Positions 26,304-36,258 of a stretch of DNA of 40,456 nucleotides are shown here, piece by piece. A model generated the notes under the pieces. That model was given only the letters and a program-made list of their open reading frames with translations. It made no database searches and was not told where the DNA came from. Within the stretch, counting starts at the first letter, position 1. Each line of letters starts with the position of its first letter. Source of the DNA: Rickettsiales bacterium (GTDB lineage: Bacteria > Pseudomonadota > Alphaproteobacteria > Rickettsiales > UBA1997); the NCBI GenBank assembly GCA_028040005.1, contig JAOFKK010000001.1:1-40456 (forward strand). Reading direction: 5' to 3'. Both the position numbers and the translations under genes were made by a program.

Positions 26304-29269
26304 GACTTATTTCCCATAGCTTGATCAAAAAAATTCTTATAATTACTAGCTACCATATAGCGAGCATCTTCACCAAGAGCTTCAAAATGTTTGCGTCCAC
26401 AGTCAATTTTTCCTTTTTCTAAATCACGCAACATTCCTTCAAATGTATCTCCTTTTGTTTCTACAACAAAATAAAGGTGATCCTTTCCATCTTGTTCTAT
26501 CAAAACAGCCCAATCTGGATTATATGATCCAAGTGGCGTCTCAATTTTAAACCAGGCTGGCAATTTTGTATAAACTTTTACTTCTTCATTTTTCTCAAAA
26601 GATTCAGCTAAGCTGGACTCAATATTTGAATCATAAACCACATGATCATAGGTAGATTTTGCAGCCTCAATCATATTTTTATTGAGATATCCATTAAGCT
26701 CTTCGCTTTCAAACATCTCTTGGGCGTAGAAGTGGTCATTACCAATTTTGTGATATTTTATTCCATCAACAATGAATCTTCTCATTTCACGCTTAATTAA
26801 CTCCTTAACTCCATCGATAAATTTTTGAGGATTATTTTTAAAGGCTTCTAGTCGGCCACTTTCTAATAAAATATTAAGTATCGATTCTCGCTTTAAATTT
26901 GTTTCATTTTGCAGATAACTAAGAATATCCGGAATTTCATAATCACGAGCATCATATAAATGATTACTCTCCTGACTATCAATAACATTCACACCACCTT
27001 TACTAATTTCTGTTTTAGCTTTGGCATAATTAAATCTAGTTTTCCCAACTATTAGATTTTTTCCAATAGATTCAGCGCATTTTTTTATTAATTCCTGCGG
27101 ATCAAATTCAACATTATAAATGGTTTTGTATTTTACTTTATCCCACAATTCTTTAAACTCAGGGCTTTCAAAAACAGCCTTGTTTAGCTTTATAGTTTTT
27201 TTATCATCATTATTTTTAATATTAAGGCCGCCAGCAACTTTCTTTAAAGTAGCTATTATTTGCTCAGATTGCTCCACATAAGCATCTGGCAATTCAACAC
27301 TTCCTTCTTTAAGAGCCTTCTTAAGATTATCACTAACTTTACCCTTATTATCGATATATTCCTTTGTCAGCAAATGATTCCACACATTTTCTGAAGCCTG
27401 CGCTCCCAAAAACTTATCCTCTCCTTTTTCATCTTGATAAACAATATTAGCAAATAAATGCTCCTCAACAACTCCAAAGCGGATATTTTCTTCTTTTTCT
27501 ATTTCCTTTTGCAAGCCGTCAACAAATGATTCGTATGATTCATTGGCCATAACCGTTAATGTATTAACATCAAAACCATGAACTCTTTGTCCTTCTTGAT
27601 TAACGCAAATTCTTAAACCCCTTCCTATTTCTTGTCGTTTTTTGATAACTGATCCAGTTTCATTTAAGGTGCAAATCTGAAAAACATTTGGATTATCCCA
27701 ACCCTCTTTTAAAGCAGAGTGAGAAAATATAAATTTCAATTTTGAGTCAAAACTCAATAACTTCTCCTTATCTCTCATAATAAGGCCATATGTATCTTCA
27801 TCAGCCTTAGTATCACCTCTAGTATCTTTAGCGCCCCCCTTGTCGCTCGAGAAATATCCATTATGAACATTCTGGGCTAAAGTGGAAACATCCAACTCCT
27901 TAAGCAGATTGTTGTATTTTGGTTTTTTGATTAATTTAGAATATTCTTCCTCAAAAATAACCGCATATTTACCCTTCTCATTAGCGGCGCTGTAATCACG
28001 ATAATTAGAAACTCTATCAATAAAGAACAGACTCAAAACTTTAATGCCAAGAGGAGTTAATTTTAATTCTCTATTTAAATGCTCTTCAATTGTTTTGCGA
28101 ATTTGTAGCCTTTTATATTCATCTTCATTCACCTCGCCAATTGCTTGATTTAATCGAAGAATTTCCGGCTTACTGGTAAAATCAATATACTCGTTACCTT
28201 GCTCAGAGTAAATATCATTTATGATATAACCATCGTAAATTGTACGACCATTTGAAATAGTAAGTAAATCATCACCTTGCTTCACCCATTTTGTAATTTT
28301 CTCAACATTGGTTTTTCTTTGAATAGAAAGTTCAATTTTAGCTTTATGTCCTTTCTTATTATCAACTTCCAAAAGCTTAATATAGGCCTTATTATCCCCG
28401 TCTTTCACCTGAATTGAGGCAACTTCTATTTGCTTAACCAACTTTTGTTCATAAGCATCAATAGAATCTAGTTTATAAAGCATATCATGCTTTTTGGTAT
28501 GAGTTGCAGAATAGCGGAAGGTGCAAAGTGGATTTAGAGATTTAATTGCCTGCGAAGATTTATCTGTTGTATCCACGCTTTGCGGCTCATCAATAATAAC
28601 AATCGGATTAGTTGATTTAATAAAATCAATTGGCACTCCTTGCATTTTGTCATTCCAACGATGAATAATATTTGCAGTAGTTTCTTTAGAAGGGTCAGAA
28701 AAGCTTTTACGAAAAGCGTCAATATTAATAACCATAATTTGAATACAGTCATTAGCGGCAAAACTTCTAACTTGTTCTAATTTGGAAGAATTATAGAAAA
28801 AATAATCAACCGGAACATTATCATATAATTCTTTAAAATGATCTTTGGTCATTTCTAAAGATTTAAAAACGCCTTCTTTTATGGCAATGCTTGGCACTAC
28901 AATAATAAACTTACTAAAACCATAAAGTTTATTCATCTCAAAAACAGAGCGTAAATAAACATAGGTTTTTCCAGTTCCAGTTTCCATCTCAATGGTAAAA
29001 TTACGATCCTGCAATTCTTTAGATTGTTTTAAACCGTTTTTAAGCTGAATAGATCTGACATTATTTAAAATTTCCTCATCAATTAATTTTAAGCGATTGC
29101 CATAACCTTTATCAGTTTGATTAGACCATAATGCATCGAGAAGACCTCCATCTTTAATAGATGGCATAGAAAAAGCAGATTTACAAAGCTCTTGCCCTTC
29201 AAAAACTGAGCAAACTGCTTCCCAAGCTTTTTTCTGATGGATTTGATTTGGATCGAATTTAATTTTCAT
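26300..29269 (-). CDS. res: Type III restriction enzyme Res-like subunit (SF2 helicase plus C-terminal PD-(D/E)xK nuclease)
   Basis: Motif I EMETGTGKTYVY, motif II VIIDEPQS, ALKEGWDNPNVFQICTL, and a nuclease-like PDWAVLIEQDGKDHLYFVVETKG. Confidence 0.88.
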   Translation of the reverse strand: MKIKFDPNQIHQKKAWEAVCSVFEGQELCKSAFSMPSIKDGGLLDALWSNQTDKGYGNRLKLIDEEILNNVRSIQLKNGLKQSKELQDRNFTIEMETGTGKTYVYLRSVFEMNKLYGFSKFIIVVPSIAIKEGVFKSLEMTKDHFKELYDNVPVDYFFYNSSKLEQVRSFAANDCIQIMVINIDAFRKSFSDPSKETTANIIHRWNDKMQGVPIDFIKSTNPIVIIDEPQSVDTTDKSSQAIKSLNPLCTFRYSATHTKKHDMLYKLDSIDAYEQKLVKQIEVASIQVKDGDNKAYIKLLEVDNKKGHKAKIELSIQRKTNVEKITKWVKQGDDLLTISNGRTIYDGYIINDIYSEQGNEYIDFTSKPEILRLNQAIGEVNEDEYKRLQIRKTIEEHLNRELKLTPLGIKVLSLFFIDRVSNYRDYSAANEKGKYAVIFEEEYSKLIKKPKYNNLLKELDVSTLAQNVHNGYFSSDKGGAKDTRGDTKADEDTYGLIMRDKEKLLSFDSKLKFIFSHSALKEGWDNPNVFQICTLNETGSVIKKRQEIGRGLRICVNQEGQRVHGFDVNTLTVMANESYESFVDGLQKEIEKEENIRFGVVEEHLFANIVYQDEKGEDKFLGAQASENVWNHLLTKEYIDNKGKVSDNLKKALKEGSVELPDAYVEQSEQIIATLKKVAGGLNIKNNDDKKTIKLNKAVFESPEFKELWDKVKYKTIYNVEFDPQELIKKCAESIGKNLIVGKTRFNYAKAKTEISKGGVNVIDSQESNHLYDARDYEIPDILSYLQNETNLKRESILNILLESGRLEAFKNNPQKFIDGVKELIKREMRRFIVDGIKYHKIGNDHFYAQEMFESEELNGYLNKNMIEAAKSTYDHVVYDSNIESSLAESFEKNEEVKVYTKLPAWFKIETPLGSYNPDWAVLIEQDGKDHLYFVVETKGDTFEGMLRDLEKGKIDCGRKHFEALGEDARYMVASNYKNFFDQAMGNKS

Positions 29270-29300
29270 ACTCTTTAATGATTAGTTGTTGGCTATTATT

Positions 29301-29606
29301 TTATTCAAAAATAAATAATGTTTTAGCTGATTCATCTATATGTCTTTTTAGTGGTGGATAATTGATAAAATTATAGCCTTTTATATCGATTTTTAAGCCA
29401 AGGCTTGATTCATCAAAAAGAGTGTTAATTCTGTCAATATCTTTCTGCTCTAAATTGCCATATAACACCAAATCAAGATCTGAATATCCTTTATATTTTC
29501 CATTAGCTCTGGAACCAAAAATTCCTACTTTGGTGATTTTATCCTTATAACTATTTATTATATTTAAAATGATTTTTAATTCATTATCTGATAACCCATT
29601 ATTCAT
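29301..29606 (-). CDS. mntA: Minimal nucleotidyltransferase (MNT, HI0073-like; MntA-type antitoxin candidate)
   Basis: GIFGSRANGKYKGYSDLDLVL matches the GSx(n)DxD NTase motif. I place the start at the ATG at 29606 (MNNGLSD), one nt after the HEPN stop, rather than at 29651 as in the track. Confidence 0.8.
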   Translation of the reverse strand: MNNGLSDNELKIILNIINSYKDKITKVGIFGSRANGKYKGYSDLDLVLYGNLEQKDIDRINTLFDESSLGLKIDIKGYNFINYPPLKRHIDESAKTLFIFE

Positions 29607-29607
29607 T

Positions 29608-30024
29608 TTATTTATTTGTTTCATGAAGTAATTTTTCATATAAATAATCAAATAGCCCGAAGTGATTATTTTCTATATTTTCTATAACTTGCGAGAATAC
29701 CTCGTGACTATATTGGTGACTCATCTTATTGCGATCATCCAAAGTTTTCATCCATTTTTCTCTATCAATAATAATTTTTGCTTCAATGGCCTTAATAATA
29801 ACTTCCTTAGGAGTAATTTTTTCTAAAACAACACCCTCATTATCTAAATAATCTTTGAGAGTTTTCCAGGCAAGTTCCCAGCTATATTCAAATCTTTGAA
29901 TAATTCCCTCTTCTTCTAATGGGGTTATTTTTTTTTCACTTCTCAATTCCATTGCCTCTCTTAAAAGAAGAAAAGCTCTTTTGTAATTATCAAATCTATA
30001 TTCCCATCTTAATTTTTCGCTCAT
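29608..30024 (-). CDS. hepT: HEPN-domain protein (HI0074-like nucleotidyltransferase substrate-binding family; HepT-type toxin candidate)
   Basis: Family-typical W..R..N...A...L.EA and IQRFEYSWELAWKTLK, plus an Rx4H motif (RNKMSH). Confidence 0.8.
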   Translation of the reverse strand: MSEKLRWEYRFDNYKRAFLLLREAMELRSEKKITPLEEEGIIQRFEYSWELAWKTLKDYLDNEGVVLEKITPKEVIIKAIEAKIIIDREKWMKTLDDRNKMSHQYSHEVFSQVIENIENNHFGLFDYLYEKLLHETNK

Positions 30025-30056
30025 GTTATTTTATAAATTAATTTTAATTGATTAAA

Positions 30057-32108
30057 TCAAAGGCTTTTAATATCTTCAATTCCGCTGCGTTTCAGTGTGG
30101 TAATGGCGTTGGTTTTAATTACATCATCCCTAAAGCCATTATCCGAAAATACCACTCGCATAATCTCAGGTGAAAGTTCCTCTTTTAAGGCGCAAATACC
30201 ATTTACCACTTCCATATTAATTCCATCATCAAGACATATTATTAAAGCCCCAAGACCAATGATATAAATCTCCTTTCCAGCAATATTTCTAGTTTCAATA
30301 GGAAGGGTTAAATCAAGCCCATATTTTAAAAGAATTTCAAAAACTATATCTTCATTTGAACGATCATTTTTAATGTAATCAACTGACGCAATAAGATCTT
30401 CTTTTAAGCTATCAAAACCAGCTTCCCATCTTTTTATGTTTGAGCTATCAAGTTTAAAAACTTTAAAGCCCAAATCTCCTTGATAATCAGGATTTTCTTC
30501 TTTGATTTTCTTGGAGGCGCGACGGATTCGTTCTTTGGAAATATCACAGACATTCTCAACAAAAGATAAATTATTCTTTGAATAGTATTGTGCTTTGTCA
30601 GCAGGTTTTACTTCTTCAGGTAATTGTATAGAAATAGAATTTATACTCTGTTTGCTTTCTAAGCTTTTTAGAAAACACGCATGTGCTGTGCTACATGAGC
30701 CTGCAAAATAATCTAGAACCAGACCGCTTTCGTTGTCCTCGAAGCATAGCTCAAGCATTCTCTGGATGAATTTAGTTGGTTTTTTTCCGTTTGGGTACGG
30801 CACTCCTCCTTCTAAAGATACGCTACTCCAAGATAGGTCATCCCACAGAGTTCCAACTTTATCTTTTTTAATGATACCTTCGTTTGATCGCTCTGCTACA
30901 CCGCTCAAGTAGCTAACCAAACGTTTGGTTTTGCCTTCAAAGGAGACTCTAGTTCTCTTACCTTTGTTTCGCCCAGAGACAGGTTTATAATATATATTTA
31001 TCAAACCATCATGCTCTGGAGCGGCATTGGCTACTCTATCACGAATAGATGTCTGAGCATTTTCAGTGGTAAAAATACTTTCGAAGTATTTCTCGTATAC
31101 TAATTCTTGTTCAATATTTTCTTCTTTTGCTAATTGTGAAACTGTTTTTATTTCATAACCACTTACTGTATAAACCTCGATATCGTTTCCAGAGCCATCT
31201 TTGATGGTTTTCAAGTAGTTTTCACTTCCTTCTTTTGTAAGGATTTTGGTGTACGCGAACCCTTTGCCAGCATCCTTACGGTCATTAATATATTTAATGA
31301 GTAATTCAACCTTGTATATATCATTGAACTTTCTGAAGGATTGGCTCTTTGAGAAACAAAGGAGGTGCTCAATATTTTTCTTTAAGCGTCTGTCTTCGCC
31401 ACCACCACTCGCGCCTGAGCTATCTTTTGCTTTAACGCTAATTAGGTTGATAAAGTTTTCTTCGCCAAATATTTCATTGCAAATTTTGATTAGATTATCT
31501 AACTCATTGTCATCAATCGAAATAAAAATAACCCCATCATCTTGTAGCAAATTTCTCGCCAATTTCAACCTTGGATACATCATATTTAGCCAATTAGTGT
31601 GGTATCTTCCTGCTGAGTTAGAGTTTGTTCCAAGTTTTTTACCGCTCTCATCTGTTTGCCCTGTCATTTTTAAATAATGCTTTATTCCATCTTTAAAATC
31701 ATCCTCATAAACAAAGTCATTTCCTGTGTTGTAAGGAGGGTCAATATAAATCATTTTCACCTTGCGGTGATAAGATTTTTGTAAAAGCTTTAAAACTTCT
31801 AAATTATCGCCTTCAATAAAAAGATTTTGTGTATTGTCAAAATCAACCGATTCATCTTTTGCTGGTCGTAGCGTTCCTGTGCTTGGAGTTTGTGCCAATC
31901 TGCCTGCTTTTCTTTTGCCATGCCAAGTGAAATTATAATGATCTTCATCTTGGTTTACATAATTTCCTAAAAGCTCTTCTAATTGCTCAAATTTAATTTT
32001 GTCTTCACTAAAAACTTCAGGGAATAACTCTTTTAGCTTTTCGATATTTTGCTTAACAATATCTTCACTTTGCATATCTTTGGCTAACAATTTTTTCATT
32101 TCGCTCAT
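30057..32108 (-). CDS. mod: Type III-like Mod DNA methyltransferase (beta-class; N6-adenine or N4-cytosine)
   Basis: Motif IV IYIDPPYNTGNDF comes before motif I VLDYFAGSCSTAHA. Size and order are typical of type III Mod. Confidence 0.88.
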   Translation of the reverse strand: MSEMKKLLAKDMQSEDIVKQNIEKLKELFPEVFSEDKIKFEQLEELLGNYVNQDEDHYNFTWHGKRKAGRLAQTPSTGTLRPAKDESVDFDNTQNLFIEGDNLEVLKLLQKSYHRKVKMIYIDPPYNTGNDFVYEDDFKDGIKHYLKMTGQTDESGKKLGTNSNSAGRYHTNWLNMMYPRLKLARNLLQDDGVIFISIDDNELDNLIKICNEIFGEENFINLISVKAKDSSGASGGGEDRRLKKNIEHLLCFSKSQSFRKFNDIYKVELLIKYINDRKDAGKGFAYTKILTKEGSENYLKTIKDGSGNDIEVYTVSGYEIKTVSQLAKEENIEQELVYEKYFESIFTTENAQTSIRDRVANAAPEHDGLINIYYKPVSGRNKGKRTRVSFEGKTKRLVSYLSGVAERSNEGIIKKDKVGTLWDDLSWSSVSLEGGVPYPNGKKPTKFIQRMLELCFEDNESGLVLDYFAGSCSTAHACFLKSLESKQSINSISIQLPEEVKPADKAQYYSKNNLSFVENVCDISKERIRRASKKIKEENPDYQGDLGFKVFKLDSSNIKRWEAGFDSLKEDLIASVDYIKNDRSNEDIVFEILLKYGLDLTLPIETRNIAGKEIYIIGLGALIICLDDGINMEVVNGICALKEELSPEIMRVVFSDNGFRDDVIKTNAITTLKRSGIEDIKSL

Positions 32109-32125
32109 TTTTTAATAATTAATAT

Positions 32126-32878
32126 TTATAAATTTTGTTCTAATTTTTTAATTAATTCAATCTTGTTTTTAATCTCAACATTTAACTCTACTTTACGGTT
32201 AAACTGAGTTTCTTTTTTTAAATCAGATTTTAGCACTGATATTTCATTTTCTAAATCAATAATTTGCTTTAAATATTTTTTGCGGATCAGTGTTTTCTCA
32301 ATAGTTGTTTTGCCATAATTGCCGCTGTAATTAGCAGCGCCAAGAGCAATTAATCTTTTGACTAAATCTTGATAAAATTCGTATAGATTTAAGGAAGAGA
32401 GTTTTTTCAAGTAGCAGTCATTTAAAAAATCCTTTTGAATTTCACTTAAATTTTGGCTATCTATCATTTCTGTTAAAAATTCTTCCGTAACCAATAACTT
32501 TGATTTATCAGCTTGGTTAATTCTTTTATTTGCCAGGCTTAGGGCAAATTTATCATTAAAATTAAACAATAATATCAACGGATAAGGAATTGCCTTATTT
32601 ATGAATGTAGCAATTTTTCTAATGCGATTATCACTTGCTAGATCAATTTTTAGAATTGCTATTTCTTGATATTCAACCAGTTCATCTTGATATTTGGCAA
32701 TGCCTGTATTGCTGGGCTTTAAAGTAAAAAGCCAAGTGATTTTTTTAATATCATCTTTGAGGGCTTTTTTGTCGGTCGCATCTAAATTGACATTTTCAAG
32801 GAATAGTTTTTTAAAAATGGGTTTATCTATTTTGCAAGAATCTGGCAGTTTTAAATTATTGAGAAAAATTTGGGTCAT
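32126..32878 (-). CDS. DUF4391-like protein of unknown function (250 aa)
   Basis: The sequence flavour (IFKKLF...L....K..L..DI.KI.W...L......I.........EI.I..I.L.......I......IPYP.IL) matches my memory of DUF4391 proteins found between helicase and methylase genes. This needs HMM confirmation. The start overlaps the SNF2 gene stop (ATGA). Confidence 0.6.
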   Translation of the reverse strand: MTQIFLNNLKLPDSCKIDKPIFKKLFLENVNLDATDKKALKDDIKKITWLFTLKPSNTGIAKYQDELVEYQEIAILKIDLASDNRIRKIATFINKAIPYPLILLFNFNDKFALSLANKRINQADKSKLLVTEEFLTEMIDSQNLSEIQKDFLNDCYLKKLSSLNLYEFYQDLVKRLIALGAANYSGNYGKTTIEKTLIRKKYLKQIIDLENEISVLKSDLKKETQFNRKVELNVEIKNKIELIKKLEQNL

Positions 32879-35800
32879 GATTTTTGCTCCTTAATAATTA
32901 AAAAGCTTATCACTTCAAAATCTTCAATTCCTTTGAAACTATCTTGAGATAGAATAGTTCCGCCTCGATTAAATAGGCTTTCAACACCTTTCTCATCATT
33001 TTTTCCTGATATATTTGATATTGCCGCTTCTAACATAAATTTGTAAGAGGACATATCTTTGCCGTTTTTTGTGGCTTCTTTTAGGTTTTTAATGGCATTT
33101 TCATCTAAGCTTTTTGCGCCTGAGCAAAGTTTTTTGAAAATATCGAGGATTTTTTTGCTTTGCAGATGGTTGAGAATGATATTGCCGTCACTGGCAACAT
33201 AAACCATGTAATATGGCGCCAAAGAGTAGTTTGAGTTTTCACTAACTTCTTTATGAATATCGCGCAAACAAAAAATTGTTCCTTCAGGTATTTCATCTAA
33301 ATTTCCTGAAATTGCTGCAAAAAAGCCAGAAGGAGATTTTTCTAAAACGGTTAAGTTATCTTTCATAAAGCTGGATAAATCCATGCGAAAATCGTTTAGT
33401 GTCATATCAGTAATTGAAACAGAGCCGTCAATATCCTCAATATCAATTACTGCATCTTGCAATTGTTTCATCTGGTTGCGGCGATATTCTAGATCATTCA
33501 TTTGGCGAGTTTCATCATAATCAATTACATTTTCCTCACCAGTTGCAGAAATATCTAATAAAACCATTCTTCCACTTACTCGGGCTTCTAGATTGATATA
33601 TTCATCTAGCTCCATATTAGGCCAAAAGTTAGCTAATTGAATTTTATCATTATGCGAGCCAAGTCGATCAACTCGACCAAATCTTTGAATTATTCGGACG
33701 GGATTCCAGTGAATATCGTAATTTATTAGCATATCGCAATCTTGAAGATTTTGTCCTTCAGAAATGCAATCTGTGGCAATTAATATATCAATGTGGTTTG
33801 TGGCTTCGGAGTCGATCTTATTTCTTTCTTTAGAGATTGGTGAGAAGTTGGTTAAAATATTATTTAAATCTTTACCAATATTTTTATCACTACATTGATT
33901 TAAGCCACTTCCAGTAACAAGGGCAGAATGAATTTTGTGCTTTTCTTTTACCCAAGGAGAGATGTTTTTGTAAAGATACTGTGCCGTGTCTGAAAAGGCG
34001 GTAAAAATAATAACTTTTTTATTATTTTCATTAAGAGGATTGGCAATTTTATCGCTTATTACCTCTTTTAGTTTTTGTAATTTAGCATCTTTAGTGGCAT
34101 CAATTTTTTTGGCTTCTTCTACTAAAATTCCAAGCAATTTGTAGTCTTCTTCTAAATCCTGTTTCCATCTGATGAGGTCAATATCTTGTATTAGAACTTT
34201 AATTTTGTTGCCGATTAGATATTCCTCAAATTCTGATGAATCGGTTTCTATGTCTTCAATGCTTAATTCTTCAAATTCTGAATTTTCTTGATCTTGGATT
34301 TGCGATAACAAATTACCAATCTTGTTTTGAAGCCTTTCTACTGTGATATGAAATGAATTTATTGAGCTTTCCATACGCTTCAACATATTCACCCTCATTA
34401 AGTGAATCATATTGCGCTCACGATCAACCTGACGAAAAACTGAAGCACCATCTTTAACTGCCTGATCATATTTGCGGCTGTATTCTTCTTGCTTATCCAT
34501 ACGCACATATTCAAGCGGGGCATAGGCGGCAAGATTGAGCTTCTTGATTGTCATATTGACATCTTTAAGCGGAGGGAACTTTCCATCAATGTCAATATCA
34601 GCCTTAATATTTTTTGGTTTTAGACGCTCGGGGAATTTGCCAATTTCAGCAACATCATAATATTTCTCTATGTGCTTTCTGGATCTGGCGATTGTTAGAA
34701 TATCAAGCAACTTAAAATAACCGAAGTTCATTTTTTCAAGCAAGCTTGCTGTTTTTCTTTGTCCATCTGGCAATTTTAGCCATTCATTGAATTTGGTCTG
34801 AGCTATTTTTAATGTGTTTTCAATGCTGGCTATTCCATGATCTGAAAGTGCATTGTCTTTTCCTTCGGTTATGAAGGCGACTTGGTTTTTTAAATCATTC
34901 ATTCGACTATTTACTGGCGTTGCCGACAGCATTAAAACTTTGGTCTTTACGCCAGCCCTAATGACTTGATCCATTAGTTTTTGATATCTGGAAATTGCTC
35001 CTGTTTTGGTTCCGGCATTTTTAAAATTATGTGATTCGTCAATTACGATAAGATCATAATTTTCCCAATTTAGGGTTTCTAAATTTACCTCTCCTGATTT
35101 TCCTGATGTTCTGCTTAAATCTGTATGATTTAAAACATCATAATTGAAGCGATCAGCGGATAAAATATTACGCTTATCATTTATGGTAAATACTGTCCAA
35201 TTTTCACGCAGTTTTTTTGGACATAAAACAAGAATGCGATCATTGCGAAGTTCGTAATATTTTATAACCGCTAAAGCCTCAAAGGTTTTTCCCAAGCCAA
35301 CACTATCAGCTATTATGCAGCCATTATATCTTTCTAATTTATCAATTGCCCCTAATACTCCATCTTTTTGAAATTTATAGAGTTTATTCCAAACAAGAGT
35401 CTCCTTAAAGCCAGTTTTTGATCTAATAATATTGTCTTCATCAATATCTTCTATAAAGTCCTTAAATAGGTTATAAAGGGTTATGAAATAAATTAAATTT
35501 GCTGGTTTTTCTTCAGCTAAATATTCCAGTTGCTCAGTTATTTCTTTTTTGATGTTTAAGGCAGATTTTGGATTGTTCCAGATTGTATCAAACCACTGTA
35601 ACATTTGATTTGTTCCTTCTTTGTCAGATATGCCGATATTAATCTCAATAGCACTAGAATTTGTTTCTCCTAACCCAGAAGTCGTAAATCCAGAACTGCC
35701 TTGAATGCAAAAATCTTTACCATCTTGGTTTTTTACATGAAAAAGATTCTGATTAACAGCAGATCCAACTAGTGATTTAATTTGCACATCTTTAGCTAGC

Positions 35801-36069
35801 CAAGAAGAGAATTCTTTGGCTATTTGAGCCTGATCTAAATTATTTTTAAAGCGTATTTCCTCCAAGCTTCCAGCTAAAGTATGAATAAAATTATCATCCC
35901 ATTTTGATAGTAAAATTCTGGCTCCAGACAGAGTTGACAACTCTTTTTTAAGCGAAGCATAGCCATATATTGAAAAAAGATGCGACAAGACAGAAAGTTT
36001 TGCATTCTTACCAATTGAGTTTTTTAACTCTAAGCCGACTTTGCCATGATTTTTGTTATCAAGTAGCAT
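32875..36069 (-). CDS. SNF2-family helicase with an N-terminal PLD-like (HxK) domain (1064 aa)
   Basis: SNF2 motifs ADSVGLGKTFEA, LIVIDESHNFKN, MLSATPVNS, ATDCISEGQNLQDCDMLINYDIHWNPVRIIQRFGRVDRLGS. The N-terminus has HGK (res 8-10) and LFHVKNQDGKDFCIQGSSGFT (res 110-129), which resemble PLD HKD signatures. Confidence 0.88.
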   Translation of the reverse strand: MLLDNKNHGKVGLELKNSIGKNAKLSVLSHLFSIYGYASLKKELSTLSGARILLSKWDDNFIHTLAGSLEEIRFKNNLDQAQIAKEFSSWLAKDVQIKSLVGSAVNQNLFHVKNQDGKDFCIQGSSGFTTSGLGETNSSAIEINIGISDKEGTNQMLQWFDTIWNNPKSALNIKKEITEQLEYLAEEKPANLIYFITLYNLFKDFIEDIDEDNIIRSKTGFKETLVWNKLYKFQKDGVLGAIDKLERYNGCIIADSVGLGKTFEALAVIKYYELRNDRILVLCPKKLRENWTVFTINDKRNILSADRFNYDVLNHTDLSRTSGKSGEVNLETLNWENYDLIVIDESHNFKNAGTKTGAISRYQKLMDQVIRAGVKTKVLMLSATPVNSRMNDLKNQVAFITEGKDNALSDHGIASIENTLKIAQTKFNEWLKLPDGQRKTASLLEKMNFGYFKLLDILTIARSRKHIEKYYDVAEIGKFPERLKPKNIKADIDIDGKFPPLKDVNMTIKKLNLAAYAPLEYVRMDKQEEYSRKYDQAVKDGASVFRQVDRERNMIHLMRVNMLKRMESSINSFHITVERLQNKIGNLLSQIQDQENSEFEELSIEDIETDSSEFEEYLIGNKIKVLIQDIDLIRWKQDLEEDYKLLGILVEEAKKIDATKDAKLQKLKEVISDKIANPLNENNKKVIIFTAFSDTAQYLYKNISPWVKEKHKIHSALVTGSGLNQCSDKNIGKDLNNILTNFSPISKERNKIDSEATNHIDILIATDCISEGQNLQDCDMLINYDIHWNPVRIIQRFGRVDRLGSHNDKIQLANFWPNMELDEYINLEARVSGRMVLLDISATGEENVIDYDETRQMNDLEYRRNQMKQLQDAVIDIEDIDGSVSITDMTLNDFRMDLSSFMKDNLTVLEKSPSGFFAAISGNLDEIPEGTIFCLRDIHKEVSENSNYSLAPYYMVYVASDGNIILNHLQSKKILDIFKKLCSGAKSLDENAIKNLKEATKNGKDMSSYKFMLEAAISNISGKNDEKGVESLFNRGGTILSQDSFKGIEDFEVISFLIIKEQKS

Positions 36070-36075
36070 AATATT

Positions 36076-36258
36076 TTATTTTGTTTTTTCCTGTTTTTTA
36101 ATCCAATTATCTACTTCACTTTTCCTAAATTTCCAAGCATTGCCAACTTTAAACCCCGGAACTTTCTTTTCTGATGCAAAGCGATAGGCTGTTTTTTCTG
36201 CTATCTTAAGATAGTCAGCCAGCTCTTTCATTGTCATGATGTCGTTATTAGTAGTCAC
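36076..36258 (-). CDS. Excisionase/MerR-type HTH protein (60 aa, GTG start), first gene of the operon
   Basis: 57 of 60 residues are identical to the C-terminal 60 residues of the 2395..2583 product. The stop lies 6 nt before the SNF2 start. Confidence 0.8.
   Translation of the reverse strand: MTTNNDIMTMKELADYLKIAEKTAYRFASEKKVPGFKVGNAWKFRKSEVDNWIKKQEKTK

Noticed and set aside
27834-27839. G6 tract inside res (coding KGGAKD) as a phase-variation switch
   Set aside because: Six bases is short for efficient slippage, the frame is intact, and type III phase variation is usually in mod. I noted it but do not claim it.
29607-29651. Long 44-nt overlap between the HEPN and MNT ORFs
   Set aside because: An internal ATG at 29606, directly after the HEPN stop, gives a normal-length MNT protein. 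The upstream extension (MIIYMKNYFMKQINK) is probably not translated.
26300-36069. Classification of the operon as DISARM or BREX
   Set aside because: SNF2, PLD-like and methylase parts recall class 1 DISARM. However, no DrmA-like helicase or DUF1998 (DrmB) gene is present. No PglZ, BrxC or BrxL-like genes are present for BREX. Mod and Res look type III-like. I therefore report it as a distinct composite, not as a named system.
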